A DNA stretch of 64,000 bases from Tubulanus polymorphus. Taxonomy: Eukaryota; Animalia; Nemertea. The notes under the pieces are model-generated. The model searched no databases. It was not told the origin of the DNA and was given only the letters and a program-made list of their open reading frames with translations. The DNA is taken from NCBI RefSeq assembly GCF_964204645.1, contig NC_134036.1, forward strand, positions 10,829,859 to 10,893,858, written 5' to 3'. Numbering within the stretch: the first letter of the stretch is position 1; each line of letters starts with the position of its first letter. A program made the translations under genes and the position numbers. Of this stretch, positions 13,196-25,306 are shown one piece after another.

Positions 13196-14513
13196 GCAGC
13201 CTAAGTTTACATCCTACCAAAATTATCCTCGAAACTCTCAGCATTATTTCAAGAGTCGGTCTTAGAAAATATATGAAGGACGTGTTCACAGGTTAAAGAG
13301 GCCAAAAATCTTCCCCAAAATTTCAAAGTTTTACGAGCAAAGATAATATACTTCATGCTTTTGGTGCAGAAAAAAATACATGTCCACAAAATGCAAATTG
13401 TGTTTTCAAAGTAAACGATTGAGTGTGGAATTGTTTCGAATTCAAGGTTTTCCCATTAACACTCCTATTTTTATATTAACACTGGTATTTTTCGATAAGT
13501 CAAATTATTGTTGTGATGGCCAGTTGAATACTTCATCATTATATTGAAAGATATGTTATACTTAATGCATCTTTTCTTATGCCTTACAGCTTTCTCTATT
13601 GGTTAGCGTTGTGATCACTCAAAATTAACAATAAGTTTGAATTCTCACTGATCTACTACATCTCTATAACAAAATATATTTCATATCAGCCAATTAGCTT
13701 TGATCTGTGGTCAGTGGACAGCAGCTACGAAACATTTAAAACTACTACATTATCATTCCATCTATTCATGTATATATAATATGATATGATATCTTCTTTG
13801 TTCAGTTTAAAAGTCTTGATCGTAAAAGTTTGACAAGTCTCGCATGTTGGTACCGATACGCACGTTCACGCGAGTGATATGTGCACGTTACAGGCTCAAA
13901 TGCGCAAGTTACAATTACAAATGGAAACGTTGTTCGTTCAAAACCCTACGTAAAAATCTTATGCATTTTAGCGGAATTTCAAAGTTAGCTCGCTACCTAC
14001 AACAAAAATCGGACAAGACTTTTTCAAGCGACAAATTTAAATGTAAGAGCCAGTAGTACTAACGAAGGATTAACTAAACATATAAATTACTTATTGGGGT
14101 TCTGGTTAGCACTGGTAACTGGTCTGTACTGGTCAAGCATTGGTCAGTTAAAACTTTTTTAGATTAATGCCCACATCATATCTAGTTATTTGACACCAAA
14201 CAACTTAATTGTTTGCAAAAAAATAATTTACTATATGGTCAGTACTGGTCATGCATTGGTCAGTTAAAAGACCATGGTCCACGCCACATTTGATACCAAA
14301 CATGATTGGATTGTGTCGTTTCGAAAATTTATCTGTTGGGCAATTTGTGGTCAGCCCTGGTTCGTTAGGTTCTTATTTTGCGGGCATTTTATCTCGAACC
14401 ACCGAAAGACCGAATCACTAATTAATTCACCAGATCGTTAATTGCTGTAAATGAAGATTAGTGTTTAACTAATAGTCCTTGTCTGAACAAAATATCTCTG
14501 GTATGGGTCCTAT

Positions 14514-14549
14514 CAAAAATTCATAAAGACTAGTCTTTATGAATTTTTG
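14514..14549. mobile_element. 36-bp perfect palindrome with 7-bp target duplication (GTCCTAT)
   Basis: gtcctat|caaaaattcataaagactagtctttatgaatttttg|gtcctat. Confidence 0.8.
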
Positions 14550-15139
14550 GTCCTATGGAATCATGTCCTTAACTGTACACCGTACTGTATCCTTGTACTG
14601 TATCTTTCTATGTTCACTACTACCGTAATTGACTATGATGTTTTCAAGTGGTCTTAAGTACCGCTAATAGCCGAAAGTCGATGATTTACGTAAAATTTAC
14701 ATACAGCGCCACCCGTTGATAGTAAAACTAACCCGAGCAATACGGGTGTTAAATAGATACGCTAGCAAACCGGCATTCTCATAATGAATAATTTGGTTTT
14801 GTCGCCGCGACAATTCAATATTTTGGTTTTGTCGCCCACAACAATTCATTTTTTTTTTTGGTTTTGACGCACGCGACAATTCAATATTTTGTCGCATGTT
14901 TTGTCGCATGCCGCAAATCAATCGTACAAAGTGTGACCAGTGATGCGAATGACCTATTTAGTTCATCCACCATGTACCGAACACTATTATTATGCCCCAG
15001 CATTTCGGGTCATTCTACTTGAACACCAACATTCAATATGTCCACCAGATTCTGGTGATGATAAAGTCATTTTAATTTTTCTGCCAACTTTTTCATTTCT
15101 TCTTTCATATTCATCTAACATTAAACATCATCACGTATG

Positions 15140-16203
15140 TACGGAAGCAATAAGGGGCCTCGAGATGTCGCGTTCCAACTCGACAAGTCGTCATATTTAT
15201 GTCGAGATATATCGCGGTATGTCGACATAAACTTGACGCGATATATCGCGGCAAGTCGACATGAATATGTCGATATGTCGTGACGTTTTGACGACATATT
15301 TCGTTTTCTCGACCGCTTTCTTCGTGACAAGTCGACATATTCATGACGACTTGAAACTCAATTGTCATATTACTGGTGCAGCAATTGTCATATTACTTAC
15401 TCAGCAAGCACTATGGTGCACAGGCGAAGGCTCATTGTGCCATTTCAGTACATAGATATGTTACAAAATTGGTCTATATGGCCCTTTTAAGAAAATTTAC
15501 CCCTCCCCTTCCGAAATATAAAAAAAAAATTACAGGGCGTCCACGTTGCACCTGAATGTTTACAAGCAGGCCTTACGTTTTTATTGACACGTTTTGTTCT
15601 CACGTTTTATCTCATGTAATTATCATTTCAGGAGATGGATATAGATGTCTTAGTCCGTCATTATTTTGAAAGAATGTACACCGTGACAGAAATTCGAGCC
15701 TCTTTGGTAACCAATCACGGTATACTCATTAGTGAACGGACAATAAAACGCATTAAGAGGAGACTAGGATTGAGGATTCGGCGGGCAGAAGATCATATTC
15801 AGTTAATCAGACTTATTTTGGAACTATATCAATCTGGTTATGGAAATTACGGTTACATGAGCATTTGGAGGCTCCTCAATGTGGTGCATGGTGTCCGAGT
15901 CTCCCAAGATACCGTCCGACAATTCCTTGAAGCAATTGATCCCGAAGGTGTTTCTCTCCGTCGACACCGTCGCTTCCGGAGGAGACAATATATCAATCAA
16001 GGTCCAAATTTTCTCATTCACATCGATGGCTACGATAAGCTAAAACCTTTCGGTATTGCCATCCACGCTGCAATAGATGGTTATTCTCGAAAGCTTCTTT
16101 GGCTCAAATGTGGACCGCCTAACAATAACCCCAGATACATAGCGCAATTTTACCTGGATTTCTTGAAAGAAATAGGGCGAGTACCGAGACAGCTAAGATG
16201 TGA
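15140..16203 (+). mobile_element. IS3EU-like DDE transposon, left part, truncated by Polinton copy 2
   Basis: TACGGAAG terminus, subterminal gtcgac-rich repeats and an integrase-type ORF. Confidence 0.7.
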
Positions 16204-16207
16204 GTAA
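15635..16207 (+). pseudogene. Truncated integrase-core (DDE) transposase with N-terminal HTH
   Basis: YGYMSIWRLL, IDPEGV..RR, GPNFLIHIDGYDKLKPFGIAIHAAIDGYSRKLLWL; ends at the expected second catalytic Asp (PRQLRC[D]). Confidence 0.85.
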
Positions 16208-16413
16208 TAGGGGTTTAGTTGGTTCAGGCCAAAGGTCGAAAGGTCGAGCTCATAAAAAATGAAAAATAAATTCTCACACGCTCGAATTTATTTTTCATTT
16301 TTATGAGTTTCACTCCTAATTCAAGTAGAAATTGTTGTTATTTTCATATTTTTCATTTTTTACTCACTCGCCCTTTCGACCTTTAGCCTGAACCAACTAA
16401 ACCCCTATTACTC
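16202..16413. repeat. Branched palindrome at the Polinton left boundary
   Basis: Outer arms 16202-16248 and 16367-16413 (45/47 complementary); inner arms 16249-16273 and 16284-16307. Confidence 0.95.
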
Positions 16414-16522
16414 TTAAAATATTCATATACATGAATAAAATATATATGAATAACATATAAATGAATAAAATATAAATGAATAAAATGTGTCCAATCAATT
16501 TTAAAAAAAAGTTTAGTATTAA

Positions 16523-19500
16523 ATGGAAGCAAATAAGTACTACTGTCCAATATGTAATATCAATATAGATAAATCCCAAAAATCAAGACACAATAAAACT
16601 AAAACGAATTTAGAGAATAAATTGAAACTAGAATATAAAGATGATATATTAGAAACTAAATTAGATGAATTAAAGAATGAAAAAGAAACATATAAATGTG
16701 ATACGTGTAATCAATCATTCAGTGATAAAAGATATTATAATGAACATTTAAAATCTAAAAGTCATATTAGAAATATGAATAATGATATTTTAGGTGAGGA
16801 TTATTTTGATAATGACAATGATAAGAAACAGAAGTCAATTAAAAGCATAAAAAATAAATTAAACAATAAAAGACCATACATGGAAGATGTAAGAAAATAT
16901 GTTAATTCATTAGATAATAAAAAAGTTTAGAGATAACCGAAGCATTTAAAAGTGATATTGGCCCAGCAGCTATCGAGTTTAAATTTCATAAAGGAAAAAC
17001 ATTAGAAGAAAATAAAAAACATTTACAAAAGAAATAATAAAAATAATAACTGATGTTGAATATCCTAAAATAAGTATATCTTCTAAAGTTAAATTCATAA
17101 AATCTGAAGATAAACCAATATACAATATAAATTCTCATTCACAACATATTATATCTAAACAACATATAGATGAAATTAGATAAATGTTATAATGAAGTAA
17201 AAACTAAAATAGAAGAGAAATATTTTGAAGGATCTGGTTTAATATTTGATGAAATAAGATTTATGACTTTACATGTGTATAACACAAAATATAATAAGTT
17301 AACTAAATCGAAACCAATAGATGAAAATAATGTATCATATTATAAAGAACCAGATATTGAAGCATCGAGTTATATTAAATTACCATTTAAAACTAATGCT
17401 GTTATAAATGTACAAAATGAAGATGATAAATGTTTTCTATGGGCTATAATTAGTTGTTTAAACCCAGTTGAAGATTATAATAAACATAGTTTTAGATTTA
17501 CTCATTATAAACCATTTGAAAACAATTATAAGAAAGATAAGTATCCTGTTATAATTAAAAACATCCCAAAAATAGAAAGAGACAAGAGCCCCAAGGGGCA
17601 CAATGGCCAGCCTGTCAGATTTGCTTTTTATAAATGATGTAATCTGTGGGTTATATTTATCAATATACACTCCCTGCTCAATATCATTTACATAGTAAAA
17701 TCGTGTGTTAACACAGACAGCAGGAACGAATGTAATATAGAAATACTAAGTTATTGTATTGTTCAACGCCCCCTGGTGGCCATAAAAAAAACCAATGAGC
17801 TTGAAACTCACCTCGATCATAGAACATGTCATGAGCTACAACTTTCCAATTGATTATAGTAGCAAAATATGCTTAAGTATCAATTATGATGTGGAAAAAC
17901 TTTTTTTCCACCTACGAATGAGTACTGATGACCCAAAGATGGCTGCCAAGTGCGTCATAATTGCCTGGTCAAAAATACCCTCTCGGATATAAAAGATCCC
18001 TTTCCAAAGAATACCCATTACAAATTGCAATGAAACATGGTGCACCATTAGAAAGCTACAGTACTCAGAATTCAGGCCAAAATTGACATTTTTGGGAACA
18101 AAAAAGATCACAGTACGGCCATCTCGAGTCCGATCGACTCAATTTTTCTCATGCCGATGGGCCCTCGGGGGATACAAATATATACGAATGATCAAGGTTA
18201 TTGATAAAAGTGTCTTCAAAATTTCCCTCGAAAACTTCAAAAATGTGTAAAAAGTGCTGATTTTGGCGAACAACAATGGCTGCCAGTCGGCCATCTTGAA
18301 TCTGACAGGGCCAGTTTTTGGCCTGAAGATGTGTCTAGGGTAGATACACGTATAAAACAAATATCAAGACATTACCTTGAAGCGTCTTCAAAACTTTGGA
18401 ACTCTCACGAACTATCTAGATGGTTATCTCTCGACCTCAATAGCTTCAAGACCCATCTCAAAACAACTTTGTTCCATGCAACATACCATTAACTCTCGGA
18501 AAGCGAATTGTATTTAACATTTTTTGGCAGAATAAAATTTGATTGAATTTTCAATTCGGGCACATGGCTAATTAGCATATCAAGGTCATACACCCGATTT
18601 GGTAAAACCTTTTTTTCGCGAACCTTGCGCAATTGTCAAGGATGAATTTTCTGTAGAGCAAATAAAAATTCCTCCCAAACACCAAATCAACTAAAGATTT
18701 CATAGAAATCGATCTTGAAATACAATTTTAAATCTTAAAATAAAACCCGGAAGTAAAACAGTAGACGATACCGCGGATTCACGTGAACACCTGATTTCTG
18801 TAAACGAAATGTTGGTTGTGACAAAATTGCTCGGACGGTTTTAGGTGGTAATAAGTACGGAAACGTAACGACCATGGTCGACTTATTCGATGAAATCAGG
18901 CCTATGTGATATCCAAATTTTGACTTTTTTATTCTCCAGACCTCCCTGATATAGAAATAAAAAAGTTTGGTGGTACGAAAGTGCAATCACAGCGCCGACG
19001 GGGACAGAGCCGTGTCAGAGATCGGCGGAGTGAAAATTGAGGTGGACGAACACGAAGAAGTAGGCTATTGCGCTACTTGAATCACGAAAACTCCAGGCGC
19101 GGCCCCGACGCTTTTCGTTGATTAAGTAATACAAATATCATGCAATGGGTTTTCACAATCTACCGCTGGTATTTACCGGATTTCAATATCACTCCAAAAT
19201 TCAAAGAAACCTCGAAATATCGAACCGGAACACTTCCGGTAGATATCCGCGGCTGCCCAACCGGGAAACTTATTTGTTTCAATAGATATTGATAGGATCC
19301 ATCATCTTCACCCGTCAAGGGATTCGAACCCACTAAGCTAAAGCCATGCCAGAATCGGGTCGGGCCAATCACAGCGCTTTTAACAAACCACATTAGGCTT
19401 GTGTGGAATTTCCCAGTAAATGGGCCAATCAGCGAAAACGTAGCGAACGCGGAAGTATTGTCGCTTGTTGATACATGACGTCATGCGCAAAAGCGCCAGT

Positions 19501-22333
19501 AATGAAATCGTGATAATTCACGTGAACAGCTGCTGATATTTTCAGATAAAACAATCACAGGGAAGACACAACTTCCTGATTGGCTGATAAAAATTGAAAT
19601 TTTCCCGATTTAACTTTCGTGAAAAATGCAGAAAACATTTTTATGAGACCCCATTTCAAAATTCTGCTCGCTACGATTCCGAGAATGGATTACGCTTAAA
19701 TACGTGATTTGTTCAAATATGCCCTCACTTGGCAAGCAAAAGAGCCTTTTGTGTGGAAACCATGTCATTTAAATTTGCTCCATTTGTATAGTAATAGGCT
19801 CAGCCTACGGCTGGCCTAATAATAATATAAAGATAGATGTATTTGATTTAATCAAATTGCCAAATACAAAAGGTAACAATATAAAACATTATACATTAGA
19901 ACCTTTATACCTATCAAAAGATTATGATTCAAATGATGTTATACATATATTATATTATGAGAATCATTATATGTGGATTAAATGAATTGATTTATTTTTT
20001 AAATCAGAAAATGATTTTGATGATAAAATATATCTATGTAGAAAATGTTTACATAAATTCAGAACGGAAAGTGCATTATTAAATCATAAACAATTATGTG
20101 AAAATCATGATTATTGTAAATTAGTTTTACCAAATGAAAAGGATAAAATATTAGAATTCAAAAAATATGATTCAAAAATAAAGTACCATTTGTTATATAT
20201 GGAGATTTGGAATCATTAAATAAAGAACTAACTGATCAAGATAGAAAAGAAATATATTACAAAAGAAAGAAATTAAATTCTAATGAAAATGATGTTTCAG
20301 ATGAACCACCAAAACAAATACTATTAAAAAGATTCATCAATCAGCTGCTGCTTTCGGGTTATATATTAAATCTGATTATCCAGAACTAATTAAAAGTGAA
20401 TATTATCATTATAGAAATGAAAATGTTATCAATCATTTTTGTGACTTATTAATTGAATATGAAATAAGATTTAGTAAATTATTGAATACAAATATAGAAA
20501 TTATAATAACAGAAGAAGATAAAGAAGCATTTGCGTTTGCAGTTAAATGTTATTATTGTGAAAAGATATTCAATTATAAAGATAAAAAAGTAAGAGACCA
20601 TGATCATTTGAATGGAAAGTTTAGAGGCGCTGCACATGAGAATTGTAACTTACAAGCTAAGAAAATTAACTTTGTACCAGTTATATTTCATAATCTATCA
20701 GGATATGATGCGCATTTATTCATCAAACAGTTATGTCATAAAATAGAAGAAATCAATAATGAAATAGAAAGATTAAATTCAAATAGATCAAAAGATAAAA
20801 TACCAACTTATAAATTTAAAATGTTAGCTAGAAAATCTGAGAATTATATATAATTCCAATTTGGGTGTTTAAGATTTATAGATTCATATAGATTTTTAAA
20901 TAGTTCATTAGATAACTTATCAAAATCATTAGTTGATGATGAATTAAAAATATTAAAGCAACACTACCCAAATAATGATGATTTTCAATTAATGAGATAT
21001 AAAGGCGCAATTCCTTATTCTTTCTATAAAAATCATAATGATTTTAAAATAACTGAATTATTGAAAGAACAATTCTATGATGAATTAAAAAATGAATATG
21101 TTAAAGATGAAGTCTATAATAGAACATTGAATATTTGGAATCATTTCAAAATAGAAAATCATGGACAATTAGTAGATTCATATCTAAAATCAGATGTATT
21201 ATTATTAACCGATATATTCGAAAGGTTTAGAGATGTAAACCTAAAATATTTCAATATTGATCCTTGTCATTGTTATTCAAGTCCAGGATTAACATGGGAT
21301 TGTGGTTTAAAATTTACAGATATAAAAATGGATTTGTTAACAAATATAGATCAATTATTATTATTTGAAAAATCTATAAGAGGAGGTGTTTCAGGTGTAT
21401 TAGGGGATAGATATTTCAATGTAAATGATAACGCTGGATATAAGTTATTATATATAGATGCAAATAATTTGTATGGTTGGGCAATGATGGAACCACAACC
21501 TTACGGAGTATTTGAAATGAGTGAAGTTTCACAACATGAAAATGATTGGAAGAAAATAATTCTAGATATTGCAGATGATTCAGATACTGGTTACTTCTTT
21601 GTTGTAGATTTAGAATATCCTGAACATATTAAATTTAAATCTAGAAATCTAGCATACTGTCCAGAACATAAAACTGTAACTCATGAAGAATTATCAAATT
21701 ATCAAAAAAGAATTAAACCCGAAAATCATATTCGTACAGAAAAGTTAATGGTAACTCAAGAAGATAAATATAATTATGTAGTACATTATAGAATCTTAAA
21801 ACTCTTTCCATGCGACTTCCCTAAAAACCAGATCCTGAGATTTTGCGAACTTTATTTCGAAAAAAAAAATTTTTCAAAAAATATTGGGTTCTCAGACTTC
21901 TGAATTGTTTAGCAATGATAATAAAAAAGTTCCCGGTAAATTCAAAGATGAATTAGGCGGTAAAGAAATGATTGAATTCATTGGTATTAGATCTAAAATG
22001 TATTCATATAAAACTAAAGAACATGAAGCTAAAAAGTTAAAAGGAATAACCAAAAGTGTAGTAGAAAAGAATATTCATTTCAAAGATTACATCAATTGTA
22101 TATTCAATGAAGAAGTTAGAAAACATAAGATGAGATGTTTAAGATCTGAAGATCATGAAACTTTTATTGAAGAAATTGAAAAGATTAGTCTAAACCCATT
22201 TGATGATAAAAGATATATTTGAGATGATGGATTTCATACAGTTGCTTATGGTTGCAATTTAGATGAATACTCAAAATTTAAAAGAGAAGAAACAAAAGAG
22301 AATGAGGTTATGAACAGGATTCTAACATGTTAA
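16523..22333 (+). pseudogene. polB: pPolB copy 2, interrupted by a 2.2-kb insertion and missing motifs B and C
   Basis: Colinear with copy 1; insertion at 17583-19817; about 730 bp replaced by a ~100-bp filler at ~21800-21900; C-terminal KISLNPFDDKRY. Confidence 0.95.
17583..19817 (-). mobile_element. Hairpin-ended non-autonomous element (Crypton-V-like) inserted in polB
   Basis: Splits gaaagaga|taataat of polB; ends are caagagccccaaggggcacaatggccagcctg and the hairpin aggctcagcctacggctggcct; contains a LINE 3' fragment (LWNS..FKTHLKTTLF, ~18390-18490). Family label is tentative. Confidence 0.7.
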
Positions 22334-22362
22334 TAAAATTGTAATAAAAATATGTATTATAA

Positions 22363-22716
22363 ATGGAGAGTAAACAAACACACAGTGAGAACAACAAATT
22401 ATTTTTAGATAGAATAAAAGATACTTCAAATGTCAAATCAGTAGATTATAAATTAAAGAAGTTAACAGAATTAATGATCCATAAGAAATATCTAATTACA
22501 AATATTGATACAGTTACTAACAAATATGGAGATAAATTAGTTATACACTTAGAATATGAAGGATTAAAAGGAAATACATATAAATTCAGAACATATTTAC
22601 CAGATAGATTTCATAGATTATCAAGTGAAGATCTAGAAGAATTATGTTCTGGAGATTTCTATTTCGTATACAAAGGTAAGAATGAAAAAGGGCACCATGA
22701 AATAGATTTCGAATAA
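22363..22716 (+). CDS. Polinton hypothetical protein, 117 aa (possibly OB-fold nucleic-acid binding)
   Basis: Intact ORF with TAAATG start; duplicated at 1-344; the fold is inferred from a beta-rich pattern only. Confidence 0.7.
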   Translation: MESKQTHSENNKLFLDRIKDTSNVKSVDYKLKKLTELMIHKKYLITNIDTVTNKYGDKLVIHLEYEGLKGNTYKFRTYLPDRFHRLSSEDLEELCSGDFYFVYKGKNEKGHHEIDFE

Positions 22717-22733
22717 GAAAATATGTAAAATAA

Positions 22734-23491
22734 ATGGCGGAATTAAAAGAATACAGAATATTTGTTGATTAAAGAAAACTTACAAATCATAAATCACATA
22801 ATTTATTAGTTCAATCAGATAGAGATTATGAAAATTGCGTAGATTTAAAATTAGTTAATATAAGTTTATGTAATTCTTTTTACAATATATCGAATAAAAC
22901 TATTGAACATAATACTTTTCTAATTCATATTAGAAATGTAAATAAATGGTTTGATCTAATTTTAAGAACAGGATTATATAATTTAGAAACATTATCTCAA
23001 GAAATTAATCGAAGAGCACGGTTGAAAATTAGAAAAGATGATAAATTTTTAATTAGATTTATAAAAAGTGATAGCACAAATAAAATTAAAATAAAGGTAT
23101 TTGATGAAAATCAACATGCATTTATAGTAAAAAACCATTAGCTAAATTGCTAGGAATTGCACCAGATGTTGTTACAGTAAACGTAGAAGGCATTTCAAAT
23201 ATAATACCTTTTACACACTTTTATATTTATTGCAATTTAATTGATCCTACAAAAACATTTGAAGCAACTAAAGATACAACATGTAATTCTAGTATATTAA
23301 ATATTTTACCATTAAAGAAGGTTAAACAATTTGGAACGCAAATCAATTATAATTTAGCTGAATGTGATTTTAAACCTTGTATTCCTCAATTTAATAATTT
23401 TAAATTAGAAATTAGAAATCACAATGGATACTTAATTGATTTAAATAATTTCCCTGTAATTTATGAATTAGTTATAAGATGTAGAGAGTAA
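22734..23491 (+). pseudogene. Minor capsid (penton-like) protein, disrupted
   Basis: C-terminal FYIYCNLI..ILNILP..FG..INY..F..F+LEIRNHNGYLIDLNNFPV pattern is typical of Polinton minor capsid proteins; upstream part has stops and frameshifts. Confidence 0.75.
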
Positions 23492-23508
23492 TTTTTTTCA
23501 CTATATAA

Positions 23509-23754
23509 ATGAATATAACTGTTGGACCGAGTATATGTTTTGGGTTTGATTTTAAACATGGTAAAGAAATGAGAATTAAACTAAATTATGTAATTACTGA
23601 CATAAAAAGTAAATCATTTAACAATGCATCAATGATTAATAAAGAAAATTATAATATAGAAAAAGTAATTGATTTAATTGAATCACCTTTAGAATATCAT
23701 GAATTAAATGAAGATGGAATTATTGATGATATTAAAAACATATTAACAGTTTGA
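23509..23754 (+). CDS. Polinton hypothetical protein, 81 aa; diverged frameshifted tandem paralog at 23818-24170
   Basis: 23445-23560 is repeated from 23755; both copies begin MNITVGPSICFGFDFK. Confidence 0.7.
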   Translation: MNITVGPSICFGFDFKHGKEMRIKLNYVITDIKSKSFNNASMINKENYNIEKVIDLIESPLEYHELNEDGIIDDIKNILTV

Positions 23755-24177
23755 ATAACCTTCCTGTAATTTATGAATTAGTTATAAGATGTAGAGAGTA
23801 ATTTTTTCACTATATAAATGAATATAACTGTTGGGCCGAGCATATGTTTTGGATTTGATTTTAAACGTGAGAAAGAAATGAAATTTAACATTAATGATGT
23901 AATTTCACATATAAAAAAATATAGCATTTTCTAATGATGAAACAACATTTGAGTATGAAACAACAGTAGATAAAGAAACTTTAAATGTAGAAAAGATTAC
24001 TAATTTAATTAGAGAATCTTTAAGATTTTATGAATTAGATGAAGATTTTATCATCGATGATATTAAAATAATAATAATTAAAATATATACAAATGAAACT
24101 AGTAATGAAATAAATGTTGAAATAATCATAAATAAGTTAACTAAATATTTTGATGATAGTAATTTTTTGATAAATAA

Positions 24178-24399
24178 ATGAGTGATAATAAGTGGATAAT
24201 AACTGGATTATATAATAGAGCATTACTATCAGTTGGAACTGTTGGTTATTCAATGGTATTAAAAAAAGTATTCAAAATGGGAAGTGTTAATGTTGATAGA
24301 TATGATATAAATAATATCTTAAAATTAACATTAGCAGTTACTTTATCTAATTTAACTATTGATTATTTAGAAAAACAAAAATATATTCCTACCATATAA
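24178..24399 (+). CDS. Small hydrophobic/amphipathic viral protein, 73 aa
   Basis: Intact ORF with TAAATG start and two hydrophobic helices. Confidence 0.7.
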   Translation: MSDNKWIITGLYNRALLSVGTVGYSMVLKKVFKMGSVNVDRYDINNILKLTLAVTLSNLTIDYLEKQKYIPTI

Positions 24400-24423
24400 A
24401 TATATAATTATTTTACTAAATAC

Positions 24424-24846
24424 ATGGCTTCTGCAGTTATAACTATTATAGGATCGGCAATTGTTAACGCTTTAGCATTTACTGGTGGTGGTTATTTATT
24501 CAAACATATTGATAAAAATGGATCATTATCAGAACAAAAAAGACATAACTAAGCATTAGAGAAATACAATAAAGCAGCAGAAGAATATAGAGAAAAGAGG
24601 CAAAACTATATGGATTATATTAACAAGGAATTATATGATCAGAAGATTTCACATAGAGATTTTCAATCAGTTGATGATGCAATGAGTTTATATAACGCGG
24701 TAACAAATAAAGAAAAATTACATCTACATAAACCTACAATATCAGATTATTATACCCCAAGTAATGAACAGAAGAAATATGAAATAATATGGGTTTTAGG
24801 TGGAACAGTTATTGTTATATTTGTAGCGTATAAATTTACTAATTAG
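24424..24846 (+). pseudogene. Membrane protein (hydrophobic N-terminus, coiled coil, C-terminal TM), one internal stop
   Basis: MASAVITIIGSAIVNALAFTGGGYLF..; TAA at 24550-24552; in frame with ORF 24610-24846. Confidence 0.75.
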
Positions 24847-24866
24847 TAATTATTTTTGCTAAATAA

Positions 24867-25290
24867 ATGGATGATAATATTGATATTATTCCTCACGATA
24901 TAAATAAAACTAAATTAAAAATATATTTAGAAAAAAAAATATTAGAATTTGAAAATGATTTAAAAGTTAAAAAGAAAAAAAATCTAAAAAGTAAAATTAT
25001 ATATTATTTGATTATAAGTGGTTCGGTTACAATTAGTTCTGTAATAACATTTCTAGCAATATTTTCACCATTAACACCTTTAGCTATATCAATTGGCGTA
25101 CTAGGATTAAGTTCGTGTTTAAACTGGTATAAGTTCAAAATTCAATATAAAAAGTAATAAAGAAAAAATTAAAACTAATACAAAAGAAATTAATAAATCA
25201 AAAAAAAAACCCGATTATATAATAAGTTTAAATGGTCATATAACAGTTAAAGAACAAGATAAATTATTAAAAGAATTAGTTAATCATTAA
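24867..25290 (+). pseudogene. Two-TM coiled-coil viral protein, frameshifted
   Basis: Long hydrophobic segment IIYYLIISGSVTISSVITFLAIFSPLTPLAISIGVLGLSS; continues in another frame to TAA at 25288-25290. Confidence 0.65.
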
Positions 25291-25306
25291 TTGTTTAATT
25301 ATATAA

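Larger units (their letters stand above)
6403..14786. mobile_element. TIR-bounded DNA element (8.4 kb including nested insertions)
   Basis: cattatgagttttccggtttgc (6403) versus gcaaaccggcattctcataatg (14765-14786); splits the 33-bp array; no clear TSD or transposase. Confidence 0.6.
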
